Shown in pieces: positions 1-12,275 of a DNA stretch of 64,000 nucleotides (position 1 is its first letter; each line of letters starts with the position of its first letter). Source of the DNA: Macrostomum lignano. Taxonomy: Eukaryota. The notes under the pieces are model-generated. The model did no database searches. It saw nothing but the letters and a program-made list of their open reading frames with translations, and was not told the DNA's origin. A program made the position numbers and the translations under genes. Location of the stretch: assembly GCA_002269645.1 (NCBI GenBank), contig NIVC01000027.1, positions 186,001 through 250,000 of the forward strand, in the 5' to 3' direction.

Positions 1-82
1 AGTTTGAAGAAAATCGGTTGAGCCGTTCGGGAGAAAATCAATTACAAGCAAGCAACCAAGCATTTCATTTTTAGTATATTAG
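1..82 (+). mobile_element. possible 3' end of a non-autonomous Helentron/DINE-like interspersed repeat (runs off the window start)
   Basis: AGTTTGAAGAAAATCGGTTGAGCCGTT..., short ACAAGCA repeats and a TTTTAGTATATTAG end resemble the layout of these elements; recognised from memory only. Confidence 0.3.
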
Positions 83-114
83 AAAATTAAGTTAGACCAC
101 GCCCGGCCCGCCGT

Positions 115-235
115 CCGTAACGTGTATAACATTTACCGACCGATATTCCGATCGATATTCCTGTCGATAACGTGTATAACATTTACCGACCGATATTCCG
201 ATCGATATTCCTATCGATATTCCGACCGATATTTT
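115..235. repeat. short tandem duplication with CCGATATT subrepeats
   Basis: TAACGTGTATAACATTTACCGACCGATATTCCGATCGATATTCC occurs twice, followed by partial copies. Confidence 0.7.
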
Positions 236-574
236 AGTGTACTAAAACAAAGTTTACAGCAACTAGATTTTCCATTTTTTTGCTAAAAATTACTATTACA
301 AACAAATTAGTTTTGTTTTTTATTATTTCGTAATCATAAAAAACAATTATTTCAGAACACATTTACGTATCATAAAATGCAGCTTATCGTTGATGAGGAC
401 TTTAATTTCAACACTAAAATACCATAAAAAAACATTTTTCAATGACTCCACCTTCAAATTAACTGCTGAAGTCTAGAAGAGTGCATGAAAAATATAAAGC
501 TTTAACAGTTCTTGTTAAACATAAAACGCAACATAATAAAATGTTTTAACAGTACGAGATATTAGCTGCAAGAA

Positions 575-3500
575 GGCCGAATTCAACTACTGTCGGGACG
601 AAGCATTAACTGTCGGGACAAAGCATAAACTGTCGGGATATGGCCGAATTTAACTGTCGGGACGAAGCATTAACTGTCGGGATATGGCCGAATTTAACTG
701 TCGGGATCAAGCATTAACTGTCGGGACAAAGCATTAACTGTCGGGACGAAGCATTAACTGTCGGGACAAAGCATTAACTGTCGGGACGAAGCATTAACTG
801 TAGGGATATGGCCGAATTTAACTGTCGGGACGAAGCATTAACTGTCGGGACGAAGCATTAACTGTCGGGATATGGCCGAATTTAACTGTCAGGACGAAGC
901 ATAAACTGTCGGGACGAAACATTAACTGTCGGGATATGGCCGAATATAACTGTCGGGACAAAGCATTAACTGTCGGGATATGGCCGAATATAACTGTCGG
1001 GACGAAGCATTAACTGTCGGGATATGGCCGAATATAACTGTCGGGACGAAGCATTAACTGTCGGGACAAAGCATAAACTGTCGGGACGAAGCATTAACTG
1101 TCGGGATATGGCCGAATTTAACTGCCGGGATGAAGCATTAACTGTCGGGACAAAGCATTAACTGTCGGGACGAAGCATTAACTGTCGGGATATGGCCGAA
1201 TTTAACTGTCGGGATGAAGCATTAACTGTCGGGACAAAGCATTAACTGTCGGGACGAAGCATTAACTGTCGGGATATGGCCGAATTTAACTGTCGGGACG
1301 AAGCATTAACTGTCGGGATATGGCCGAATTTAACTGTCGGGACGAAGCATTAACTGTCGGGACAAAGCATTAACTGTCGGGACGAAGCATTAACTGTCGG
1401 GACAAAGCATTAACTGTCGGGACGAAGCATTAACTGTCGGGACGAAGCATTAACTGTCGGGACAAAGCATTAACTGTCGGGACGAAGCATTAACTGTCGG
1501 GATATGGCCGAATATAACTGTCGGGACAAAGCATTAACTGTCGGGATATGGCCGAATTTTACTGTCGGGACGAAGCATTAACTGTCGGGACGAAGCATTA
1601 ACTGTCGGGATATGGCCGAATTTAACTGTCAGGACGAAGCATTAACTGTCGGGACGAAGCAATGACTGTCGGGATATGGCCGAATATAACTGTCGGGACG
1701 AAGCATTAACTGTCGGGATATGGCCGAATTTTACTGTCGGGACGAAGCATTAACTGTCGGGATATGGCCGAATTTAACTGTCGGGATCAAGCATTAACTG
1801 TCGGGACAAAGCATTAACTGTCGGGACGAAGCATTAACTGTCGGGACAAAGCATTAACTGTCGGGACGAAGCATTAACTGTAGGGATATGGCCGAATTTA
1901 ACTGTCGGGACGAAGCATTAACTGTCGGGGCGAAGCATTAACTGTCGGGATATGGCCGAATTTAACTGTCAGGACGAAGCATTAACTGTCGGGATATGGC
2001 CGAATTTAACTGTCAGGACGAAGCATTAACTGTCGGGACGAATCATTAACTGTCGGGATATGGCCGAATATAACTGTCGGGACAAAGCATTAACTGTCGG
2101 GATATGGCCGAATATAACTGTCGGGACGAAGCATTAACTGTCGGGATATGGCCGAATTTTACTGTCGGGACGAAGCCTTAACTGTCAGGACGAAGCATTA
2201 ACTGTCGGGACGAAGCATTAACTGTCGGGATATGGCCGAATTTAACTGTCGGGACGAAGCATAAACTGTCGGGACGAAGCATTAACTGTCGGGATATGGC
2301 CGAATTTAACTGTCAGGACGAAGCATTAACTGTCGGGACGAATCATTAACTGTCGGGATATGGCCGAATATAACTGTCGGGACAAAGCATTAACTGTCGG
2401 GATATGGCCGAATTTTACTGTCGGGACGAAGCATTAACTGTCGGGACGAAGCATTAACTGTCGGGATATGGCCGAATTTAACTGTCAGGACGAAGCATTA
2501 ACTGTCGGGACGAAGCATTAACTGTCGGGATATGGCCGAATTTTACTGTCAGGACGAAGCATTAACTGTCGGGACGAAGCATTAACTGTCGGGACGAAGC
2601 ATTAACTGTCGGGATATGGCCGAATTTAACTGTCGGGACGAAGCATTAACTGTCGGGACAAAGCATAAACTGTCGGGACGAAGCATTAACTGTCGGGATA
2701 TGGCCGAATTTAACTGTCGGGATGAAGCATTAACTGTCGGGACAAAGCATTAACTGTCGGGACAAAGCATTAACTGTCGGGACGAAGCATTAACTGTCGG
2801 GACGAAGCATTAACTGTCGGGACAAAGCATTAACTGTCGGGACGAAGCATTAACTGTAGGGATATGGCCGAATTTAACTGTCGGGACGAAGCATTAACTG
2901 TCGGGATATGGCCGAATTTAACTGTCGGGACGAAGCATTAACTGTCGGGATATGGCCGAATTTAACTGTCGGGATCAAGCATTAACTGTCGGGACAAAGC
3001 ATTAACTGTCGGGACGAAGCATTAACTGTCGGGACAAAGCATTAACTGTCGGGACGAAGCATTAACTGTAGGGATATGGCCGAATTTAACTGTCGGGACG
3101 AAGCATTAACTGTCGGGACGAAGCATTAACTGTCGGGATATGGCCGAATTTAACTGTCAGGACGAAGCATTAACTGTCGGGACGAAACATTAACTGTCGG
3201 GATATGGCCGAATATAACTGTCGGGACAAAGCATTAACTGTCGGGATATGGCCGAATATAACTGTCGGGACGAAGCATTAACTGTCGGGATATGGCCGAA
3301 TTTTACTGTCGGGACGAATCATTAACTGTCAGGACGAAGCATTAACTGTCGGGACGAAGCATTAACTGTCGGGATATGGCCGAATTTAACTGCCGGGATG
3401 AAGCATTAACTGTCGGGACAAAGCATTAACTGTCGGGACGAAGCATTAACTGTCGGGATATGGCCGAATATAACTGTCGGGACAAAGCATTAACTGTCGG

Positions 3501-5710
3501 GATATGGCCGAATTTTACTGTCGGGACGAAGCATTAACTGTCGGGATATGGCCGAATTTAACTGTCGGGACGAAGCATTAACTGTCGGGACAAAGCATTA
3601 ACTGTCGGGACGAAGCATTAACTGTCGGGATATGGCCGAATTTAACTGTCGGGACGAAGCATTAACTGTCGGGACAAAGCATAAACTGTCGGGACGAAGC
3701 ATTAACTGTCGGGATATGGCCGAATTTAACTGTCGGGATGAAGCATTAACTGTCGGGACAAAGCATTAACTGTCGGGACAAAGCATTAACTGTCGGGACG
3801 AAGCATTAACTGTCGGGACGAAGCATTAACTGTCGGGACAAAGCATTAACTGTCGGGACGAAGCATTAACTGTAGGGATATGGCCGAATTTAACTGTCGG
3901 GACGAAGCATTAACTGTCGGGATATGGCCGAATTTAACTGTCGGGACGAAGCATTAACTGTCGGGATATGGCCGAATTTAACTGTCGGGATCAAGCATTA
4001 ACTGTCGGGACAAAGCATTAACTGTCGGGATATGGCCGAATTTAACTGTCGGGACGAAGCATTAACTGTCGGGATATGGCCGAATTTAACTGTCGGGATC
4101 AAGCATTAACTGTCGGGACAAAGCATTAACTGTCGGGACGAAGCATTAACTGTCGGGATATGGCCGAATTTAACTGTCAGGACGAAGCATAAACTGTCGG
4201 GACGAATCATTAACTGTCGGGATATGGCCGAATTTAACTGTCAGGACGAAGCATAAACTGTCGGGACGAAGCATTAACTGTCGGGATATGGCCGAATTTA
4301 ACTGTCAGGACGAATCATTAACTGTCGGGACAAAGCATTAACTGTCGGGATATGGCCGAATTTTACTGTCGGGACGAAGCATTAACTGTCAGGACGAAGC
4401 ATTAACTGTCGGGACGAAGCATTAACTGTCAGGACAAAGCATTAACTGTCGGGACGAAGCATTAACTGTCGGGATATGGCCGAATTTAACTGTCGGGACG
4501 AAGCATTAACTGTCGGGACAAAGCATAAACTGTCGGGACGAAGCATTAACTGTCGGGATATGGCCGAATTTAACTGTCGGGATGAAGCATTAACTGTCGG
4601 GACGAAGCATTAACTGTCGGGACGAAGCATTAACTGTCGGGATATGGCCGAATTTAACTGTCGGGATGAAGCATTAACTGTCGGGACAAAGCATTAACTG
4701 TCGGGACGAAGCATTAACTGTCGGGATATGGCCGAATTTAACTGTCGGGACGAAGCATTAACTGTCGGGACAAAGCATAAACTGTCGGGACGAAGCATTA
4801 ACTGTCGGGATATGGCCGAATTTAACTGTCGGGATGAAGCATTAACTGTCGGGACAAAGCATTAACTGTCGGGACGAAGCATTAACTGTCGGGACGAAGC
4901 ATTAACTGTCGGGACAAAGCATTAACTGTCGGGACGAAGCATTAACTGTCGGGATATGGCCGAATTTAACTGTCAGGACGAAGCATTAACTGTCGGGACG
5001 AATCATTAACTGTCGGGATATGGCCGAATATAACTGTCGGGACAAAGCATTAACTGTCGGGATATGGCGGAATTTTACTGTCGGGACGAAGCATTAACTG
5101 TCGGGATATGGCCGAATTTAACTGTCGGGATGAAGCATTAACTGTCGGGACAAAGCATTAACTGTCGGGACGAAGCATTAACTGTCGGGATATGGCCGAA
5201 TTTAACTGTCGGGACGAAGCATTAACTGTCGGGACAAAGCATAAACTGTCGGGACGAAGCATTAACTGTCGGGATATGGCCGAATTTAACTGTCGGGATG
5301 AAGCATTAACTGTCGGGACAAAGCATTAACTGTCGGGACGAAGCATTAACTGTCGGGACGAAGCATTAACTGTCGGGACAAAGCATTAACTGTCGGGACG
5401 AAGCATTAACTGTCGGGATATGGCCGAATTTAACTGTCAGGACGAAGCATTAACTGTCGGGACGAATCATTAACTGTCGGGATATGGCCGAATATAACTG
5501 TCGGGACAAAGCATTAACTGTCGGGATATGGCCGAATTTTACTGTCGGGACGAAGCATTAACTGTCGGGATATGGCCGAATTTAACTGTCAGGACGAAGC
5601 ATTAACTGTCGGGATATGGCCGAATATAACTGTCGGGAAAAAGCATTAACTGTCGGGATATGGCCAAATTTTACTGTCGGGACGAAGCATTAACTGTCGG
5701 GACGAAGCAT
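575..5710. repeat. ~5.1-kb satellite of interspersed 20-bp (TAACTGTCGGGACGAAGCAT) and 24-bp (TAACTGTCGGGATATGGCCGAATT) units
   Basis: Directly visible; constant 12-bp core TAACTGTCGGGA followed by an 8- or 12-bp variable tail. Confidence 0.97.
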
Positions 5711-6186
5711 GGGTGACCCCTTATCTGTCAACTGGTTCAGTAGCTGAATTAGGCGCACACTTTTGCTCATTTTGTTTAGTAGTGCTGTTGCTGAGGCAGA
5801 AGTCATTCAATAATACTGCTAGTTGTCTGAAACTCTAATTCAATCTGAAGTGTGAAGTGAATTAAGAAGGTTAAATCTAACAGTTATTTTAATCGGTTTT
5901 ATTTCTTTGTTTGCCGATGGCTCAGATGAGTAGCTAAGCTAGTAGGCGCCGGTCACAGTGGACCAATGGCAAGGCAGTTCTCAGTCTATCTATCAAATCA
6001 GTGAGCAAAACTGCCAGAAGTGCAGAATCGGCGCCAGAGATGTACTCTGTGCACTTTAGGTTCGCCAAGCGGCTCGGGTAATGAATCATGCGAGGTCTCT
6101 GAAGTTCGAGTTAGCCTATTATCAGCGCTAGGAGAGGCTAGTTGGCGCGTTGAAGGCCAAAAGTACACATCTTCGTATTTAGCAAT

Positions 6187-6748
6187 GTAATAGTACATGT
6201 AGCTACCCATAGACTCGCCACTGCAAGAATCCGCTGCTCAAGTCCCCTCTGTACCTGCATGGCCAATGCGATCCAGTCCCAGCAGTGTCCCTTATCATCG
6301 GCTATGACTTCGAGATTGACAACAAAAAGACACTAGGGAAGGTAAGTGCAAAGCCCCTTCTAGTCGGAAGCCCGATTTCGAGAGCCCCGGTGTGGTGAGC
6401 CAGGGCGTACGGGATGGTGGCAGCGAGTTAGCTAATCTGCGGATTAAGTGATTTATACCTTCAAATTCTCCCTGCTCGTCTCTCGCTGTCCCTCTCTTAG
6501 CTATAGGACCTAGACTGCTCGCCACACGATCAAGCTACCATGGGGCTGACCATCTGACAGGAGTGGGGGGGCCAGGTCTCTAAGTGATTTATTTCTGAGC
6601 CTGAGGCCCGAAGGCTTCCCTAACAAGGAGCCCGAAGGTCGAAACCCATCACTACAACCCTCTTGACCATAGATAGACAATACTCTATTTGTCGTTACTG
6701 TCTCAATCAAATAAAGCCGAGGCTAGCCGAGCCGAGCCGAGAGTTACA
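6187..6748 (+). mobile_element. possible solo or partial LTR-like sequence
   Basis: Begins TGTAA, ends GAGTTACA with AATAAA about 35 bp before the end; no TSD, PBS or partner LTR found. Confidence 0.2.
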
Positions 6749-8796
6749 ACCTTTCTAATCTCGTTTCCACTATAATAATTCTTATTTGAGCCAGCGCGTG
6801 GGAATGAAGGCAGTCGTGCAGGAATGTATAATTCTTGAACGCTTACGAGTGCGTCAATGGGAAAAGCACAAGTGTGCGGAGACAGGCCAGAGACAGACTA
6901 GAGACAGACCAGAGAAACACCAGAGACAGACCAGTGCACTTGTGCTTTGGCCATAGACGCACGAGTAAGCGTTCATGAATTTCATTCTTATTAGAGTTTT
7001 TCTTCCCCTTCACTGAATTAATTTTATATGTCGGCGTGAAATAAAAAATCACAAAAATCGATTTATTTTTAACCCCCTCTCTCTTTCCTACCTCCACACT
7101 CTGTATACATTCTCTCTCCTCCCCATACATTTGCGTACAATTTTAAATAAATTGTTTGCGTGCAGGAACGGAGAGTGTCATTCCTGCACGATGTCCATGT
7201 GTAAAACAGTGGAGATTTGGCCATAGATTATTTCAAGATTATTTCATTCCACTGCGTTCTAATTCACTCGCTACAAATTCCAAGTTACAAATAAACCTGT
7301 CTAAAGTTTGATGTCTATATTCTTATGACTGGCAGCGTCTGTAAGCGCTGAACTTGCCTGTAGTTAGCTTTGCTTTTGGTAAATTCTTGTGTGTGAAAAA
7401 ATGATGTTTTAATTATTTTTGCGTTGGTGATCCATTATTCGTTGCAAATAAAACGAACGGAAACTGAGAGAAAGTCGATTTTTTTAAAGGAAAGACAGGG
7501 CAGGACTTGCCCGAAAAAATCTAACGATGCATGTTTAATAATTTACTTAATAGCAAAAATATTGCAATAAAAAAATGCTTGTCCATAATTGTAGCAAGTG
7601 TAGCAATTGTAGCAAATTGTAGCAAAAAAACAAGAAAGTTCAAATGCAAAATAAATATTTGGATACATAGAGAAAAAACATGGTTTGGAAGCGCTTAACT
7701 CCTTAGTGCAGAATAAAAAACTGTAGAAATTGTGCGCTAGAGAAAAAATTGCTTTACGTGTTGGTGTTGTTGTACTACAATAGAAAGCCCTTTAGGCCCA
7801 AATAACTAAATTATGAAATATTAATTAGCTGCTTAAAATGCACAAACAACACATTTTTAATTGCCACGTATGTCAATCGGTAAAAACTTCGAAATTTATT
7901 TCGAGTTCAAATTTACAGCTTACGTTGAAAACAAAATTTCAATTAACAACGGAAAAATATAGCATGATAAAGTCTGTGAAGAAAGCGTTACTAGCTACCA
8001 TGGTATTTACCGACTTTAAAGATTGTTTATTCTATAGCCAAGAGCGGGCACTAGTGAATTCAGGAACGGCTCTTGACCACAAAGTCTTGCTTACATAATA
8101 AACGTCTACGTCTGTATGGTCACAAATGGGCGCATACCATACGCAGATATTGCAGTCATGTCTAGTAATGATATGTGCTATCACATTTTGTCTTTAGTTG
8201 CACTGCTTCAGTATGATTGTTTAAACTCTATGGTACACTAGTACCAGTATGGATACAGCTATTATCTTGCCATAAATGCACTGTAGGCTTTCATCATAGT
8301 TAAAAAATAAGGCTGTGTCAAAATAAAAAAACGAAGCACGTGACTTACAAAGGTAAAGCAGGTACGAACCATAACGAATCAGGTAAAGGATGCCATCGGC
8401 AGTGGGTAATATTCCGACAACAGTGCCCGTAATCAAATTGATCACCCAATTTAGGGCCGAATTGATATCGAATTTACCACCAGCAGATACTTTTCTAGAG
8501 GATAAAAATGAGTCTCCGAATCTGGTATTCTGCTTGTATACATGCTAATTAGGAACGTGCTAATAAAACCGTCACCAGATCTGCAATCCTAGGAGGATGG
8601 GGGGTTGAATACCGAATTGCAAACGTCTTGGCGGAGGATACTTAATGCAAAAAATGCTGCCCGAAAGAAACATAAAAAAGCATTTGTCGTTCTGATATCC
8701 ACATAAATTAAAGTTAAATGAATCACATAACCATTATTATCGATAGACTCTTTCATTTTGGATACACCTCGTAACAAAGTTGCACAAAAGTGCAAG

Positions 8797-9330
8797 TCAA
8801 ATCCTGTCACAGAAGACACAAGTTGAAATGCATGATTGTCGAATGCACGCTTCGTGGAACCAGATGAAACATTTTTCGCACTGTATCTGAAAGGAGAAGG
8901 AAAAATCTAAATTGGAGTTTACTGCCAAGACACTGCTCAGCAATACCTTTATGAAATCTCTTTTTGATACATTTCCGAAATTTACGACATCGTAATAACG
9001 CTTCGTACTCGTACGCATAAGGTATAATCTTCGCTAAAACTTACAAACCAATGCATACTACTCACCCAATTATCGTAGGCACCATCATGTGAAGCCGCCT
9101 CTTTCTCTCCACACATCCAGCATAAATTTTCTTGGTCAACCGCCCTGAGGAGCAAAGTTTTCCACAATTCCAAACGGCTCAGAGCCATCTCTCTTGGTGC
9201 CGAATTGATATTTAGTGAGCTATCGGATAGTAGCAAATCAGCGAATTTACACACTAACACTCCGCAGCTATTCCCGTCCTGCTGAATCGAGTGCTTTATA
9301 GTAATAGGCTGCATTTCATGCCAGCCAAAG
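8797..9330 (-). pseudogene. spliced C-terminal fragment of an Ulp1/C48-like cysteine protease fused to a PHD finger; intron 8887-9065
   Basis: QQDGNSCGVLVCKFA (Ulp1-type catalytic-Cys motif); CWMC..(GT-AG intron, phase 0)..CEKC..WFHEAC..CVFC gives a C4-H-C3 PHD; upstream exons not found. Confidence 0.7.
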
Positions 9331-9526
9331 CATTCTTATTTGATTCTGCGTGCAGGATTGCTGATCTGGCACGCCCAAGCGTGCAGAATTGATGTTGTCT
9401 ATGGCAAAATATCCTTTAGGTCTAATGCATCTTACGTGCAGGATTGCACTTTATTTTTAGACAACAAGAAAACAACGAGTGAAAATTGGTTAATATCATT
9501 ACTATTTTTTCGCTTGCGATCAGATG

Positions 9527-10497
9527 CTACTCAAATACAAATTCAATGACGTTGGTGTCACCATTGGCTCGAATCTTCAAATTCTTCCGATTTTCCGGAA
9601 TAACTCGCACACAGCGCACCGAGCCCGACGTAGGATCGTTGATAACGTCAACTAGGTCACTTGCCTCAGTGCCTACAACTTGAGGGTCGGCCGTAGTAGC
9701 CACCTCCACGGCAGCCGTTAGTTGATGGCTCATAGCACAGATCGCTTGCTCTCGTTTATTCCCTCGTCGAATGTAGCGCTCGACGGATGCACCTCGCTTG
9801 TGGCCAGTCACTTTAGCGATAGTTTCGACATTAAATCCAGCGTCGTGAAGTTCTGTGATTACAGTTGCACGCACACAATGCGCAGTGTATGGCTTGGACA
9901 ATCCGGCGGACGTAGAAATTTTCTTCATCAGAGGCCCAAGGGTGTTGACTCCTACTGCACTCTTGCTGTACGAGCTCGTACCACTTACCAGATGAACGAA
10001 AGTTAGCGTTTGGTCGCAGAAAGAAGTCCACTCCGTTCCATCCTTCAACTTCGGTGACCTTTTGCTTGTACAGTCTGAACGCCTCAACTGGGCATTTGGC
10101 AGAATCTCCCTTTGACACCATCAACGCTTGCTTGTTGTCAACCATGACGGCGACGCTGGTAGAACCATGTAGATTCTTTGAATCTCCCTGAACAAGCTCA
10201 ATCGCGTAGAGTCCATTGGCGAGCCGCTTCTCACAAAACCGATCAAACCTCAAACCACGCAACCATTCACGGCCTCTATTCCCATAGTAATAAATGACGT
10301 TAAAGTATACTTCCTCTTGAAGACGCACCGGATTCGACCGATCGAAGTATTTACCGAGCTTCTTCAGGTCGTCACTCTCAATAGCATCGTAGTGCTTCAC
10401 TCTTCCTCCAGATCGAAGGAAAGCGTTGCAAATGTTTTTATAGTGGCAACTAGCTTTCAATTGTAATCTCCTTTCGTTACCCCCTCCCCTCTTCATC
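9527..10497 (-). pseudogene. Crypton-type tyrosine recombinase (DUF3504/KCTD1-like), frameshifted and apparently N-terminally truncated
   Basis: ORF 9831-10553 (HYDAIESDDLKKL..YFNVIYYYGNRGRE..KCPVEAF..KWY) continues in ORF 9527-10087 (VGVNTLGPLMKKIS..YTAHCVRAT..GHK..SVERY), giving the R..HxxR..H..Y catalytic set. Confidence 0.8.
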
Positions 10498-11097
10498 TCC
10501 AGCGTGCAAGATTGATTTTGTCTATGGTTAAAATGTGGGGGCTTCGCCCCCACGCCCCCAGCGGGGGCTCTGCCCCCGCACCCCCGCTAGCAGCGGGTAA
10601 TGTCTATAGTAATATCAATTATAACCTCCTTTTTTGGGCAGAATTTAAAATGGAAGAATCAAATAAGAATGAGATTCATGCACGCCAACTCGTGCGTCTA
10701 TGGCAAAGAGCACTCGTGCGCTTCGCGCACTCGTGCTTTTGCCAATGACGCACTCGTTAGCGTTCAAGAATCCTAACAGTGTCGAACGGAGCTGAGGGCA
10801 GAATAAAACACGAGCAGTAATAGAACAACAAACATAATGGAATGCGTTAGTTTCCTGTCTAATCAGCAATCAGTTTAGTAAAAAATAGAGTACTAATATA
10901 AGTAATTAGTACTCGTGATAAGAGGTGACTGTTGGGTCGCGCAGGTCGTTTGGTATTGATAAAATATATTAAATAGACATTCGGCGCCAGTGATCCGCCC
11001 TAGATACGAGTATCTTAGGCAATCTGGCAATTCAACCAGTGTCGCGAATAGTAGCTAAAAAGGTAAGATCCTTGACACAATATCATGAGGCAAGGTC

Positions 11098-12236
11098 ATG
11101 AGCGTCATGACTCGGGTACTTGATCGCGACTGGCAACCAGACGGGCCGGCCGGTGGAAGCTCCGGTAGTTCAGCGGCGGCGCTCCCTGGAGATGCTGCTG
11201 CGGCTGCTGAGGCCGAAACCACGGCGCAACAAATGGCCACTGCCAACAAGGAGGTTCCTTCGGGAGCTACCTTTGCGGCGAAGGCCAAGGCCAAAATCCC
11301 GGGAGTGATCATCCAAGGTCGCGACCAGGACTGGACCACTGATCAGCTTCAAAAAGTGTGGAGTGCTGTTGACTCCTATCTGATTGAGCTGACTGTCGAG
11401 GAGGGAATCTCCATCGGCATTGAGCGGATGGTGCTGCGAAGCACATTCGTTCTTATTGCTCCTAGCAGCGAGGAGGACGCTCGGCAGCTGCTCCAGCGGC
11501 TACCGACGGTCTCCTTGGATGCTGACCTTGGCGGAGCTCTTTTTCTTCGCGAGGGCCAGCGTCCAAAGACGATACCCTATGTGGTTTTCGTCCCTGCTAA
11601 GAGCACCGCAGCTGGACCAGACGTTATTCGCCGGGTCCTACTGCGTCTGAACCCCGACCTCCCTGCTAGTGGACTGGTGTATCACCGCAAAGTCCGCAGG
11701 GGGAGACGGGCAACTCAATTGTCCTCGGCCTTTCCAGCACTTGGGCGAGTCGGTACCCTAATGGATCCTCTTTCCAGCTGGGTGCCCTCAAGCTCAAGAT
11801 GCGCCGAGGAAAGTCTGCCAAAGGGAAGGCTACTGCCAACCCCGGCATCTCCGGCAAGAGCGGGGCGCAGTCTAAGGCCCAAGGAAAGGCGCAAGCCGAT
11901 CCCAAAGCCAAAGCTGCGTCTCGCCCCTCTGCTAGCAGCAGTTCGGCGACCGCGGTAACGGCTCCGGCCAAGCCCCGGGAACCAAACCTGCCAGTCGGAG
12001 AAGGAGTTGAGGACGAGGCCGGGTCTTCGGAATCCGAGCTCTCCTCGGCCACCCTGGTGGGGTCTGAAGGTAAAGATGCAGGTGAGGAAGCTTCCTCCAT
12101 CCTGTCATCGGAGCCTGAGGACTCTGCTGGGGGGGCCGGTGGGGGTGAGGAGGCCATGGACGTCGACCAACTCCCATCTCCCAGTCAAGCCCCAGCGGCC
12201 TGGGACGAGGACGATCTGTTGTCCAAGTCTCCTTGA
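11098..12236 (+). CDS. LINE-A ORF1 (DUF4780-like); one 1-bp frameshift at the G5 run 11699-11703
   Basis: Adding one G joins YHRKVRRG to ETGNSIVLGLSSTW.., collinear with ORF1 of LINE-B (KEKGATVILGLSDDW). Confidence 0.7.
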
Positions 12237-12275
12237 TGGCCCTGGGCTCTAGCCAGAAATTGCATTTAATACAGT

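Larger units (their letters stand above)
6832..10770 (-). mobile_element. Crypton-like (tyrosine recombinase) composite region bounded by inverted copies of a palindromic module
   Basis: 6832-6992 is the reverse-complement homologue of 10656-10770; interior holds a tyrosine recombinase pseudogene and an Ulp1-PHD fragment. Confidence 0.55.

Noticed and set aside
575-5710. CRISPR-like array (constant repeat plus variable part)
   Set aside because: The variable parts are only two short recurring types, not unique spacers; eukaryotic context and no cas genes
10915-10980. TSD for LINE-A
   Set aside because: Only a 4-5-bp AAGAG match to the 3' flank, about 55 bp from the inferred 5' end; not convincing
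11690-11710. Programmed ribosomal frameshift in LINE-A ORF1
   Set aside because: No X XXY YYZ slippery heptamer; the homologous LINE-B ORF1 is continuous here, so a 1-bp deletion is simpler
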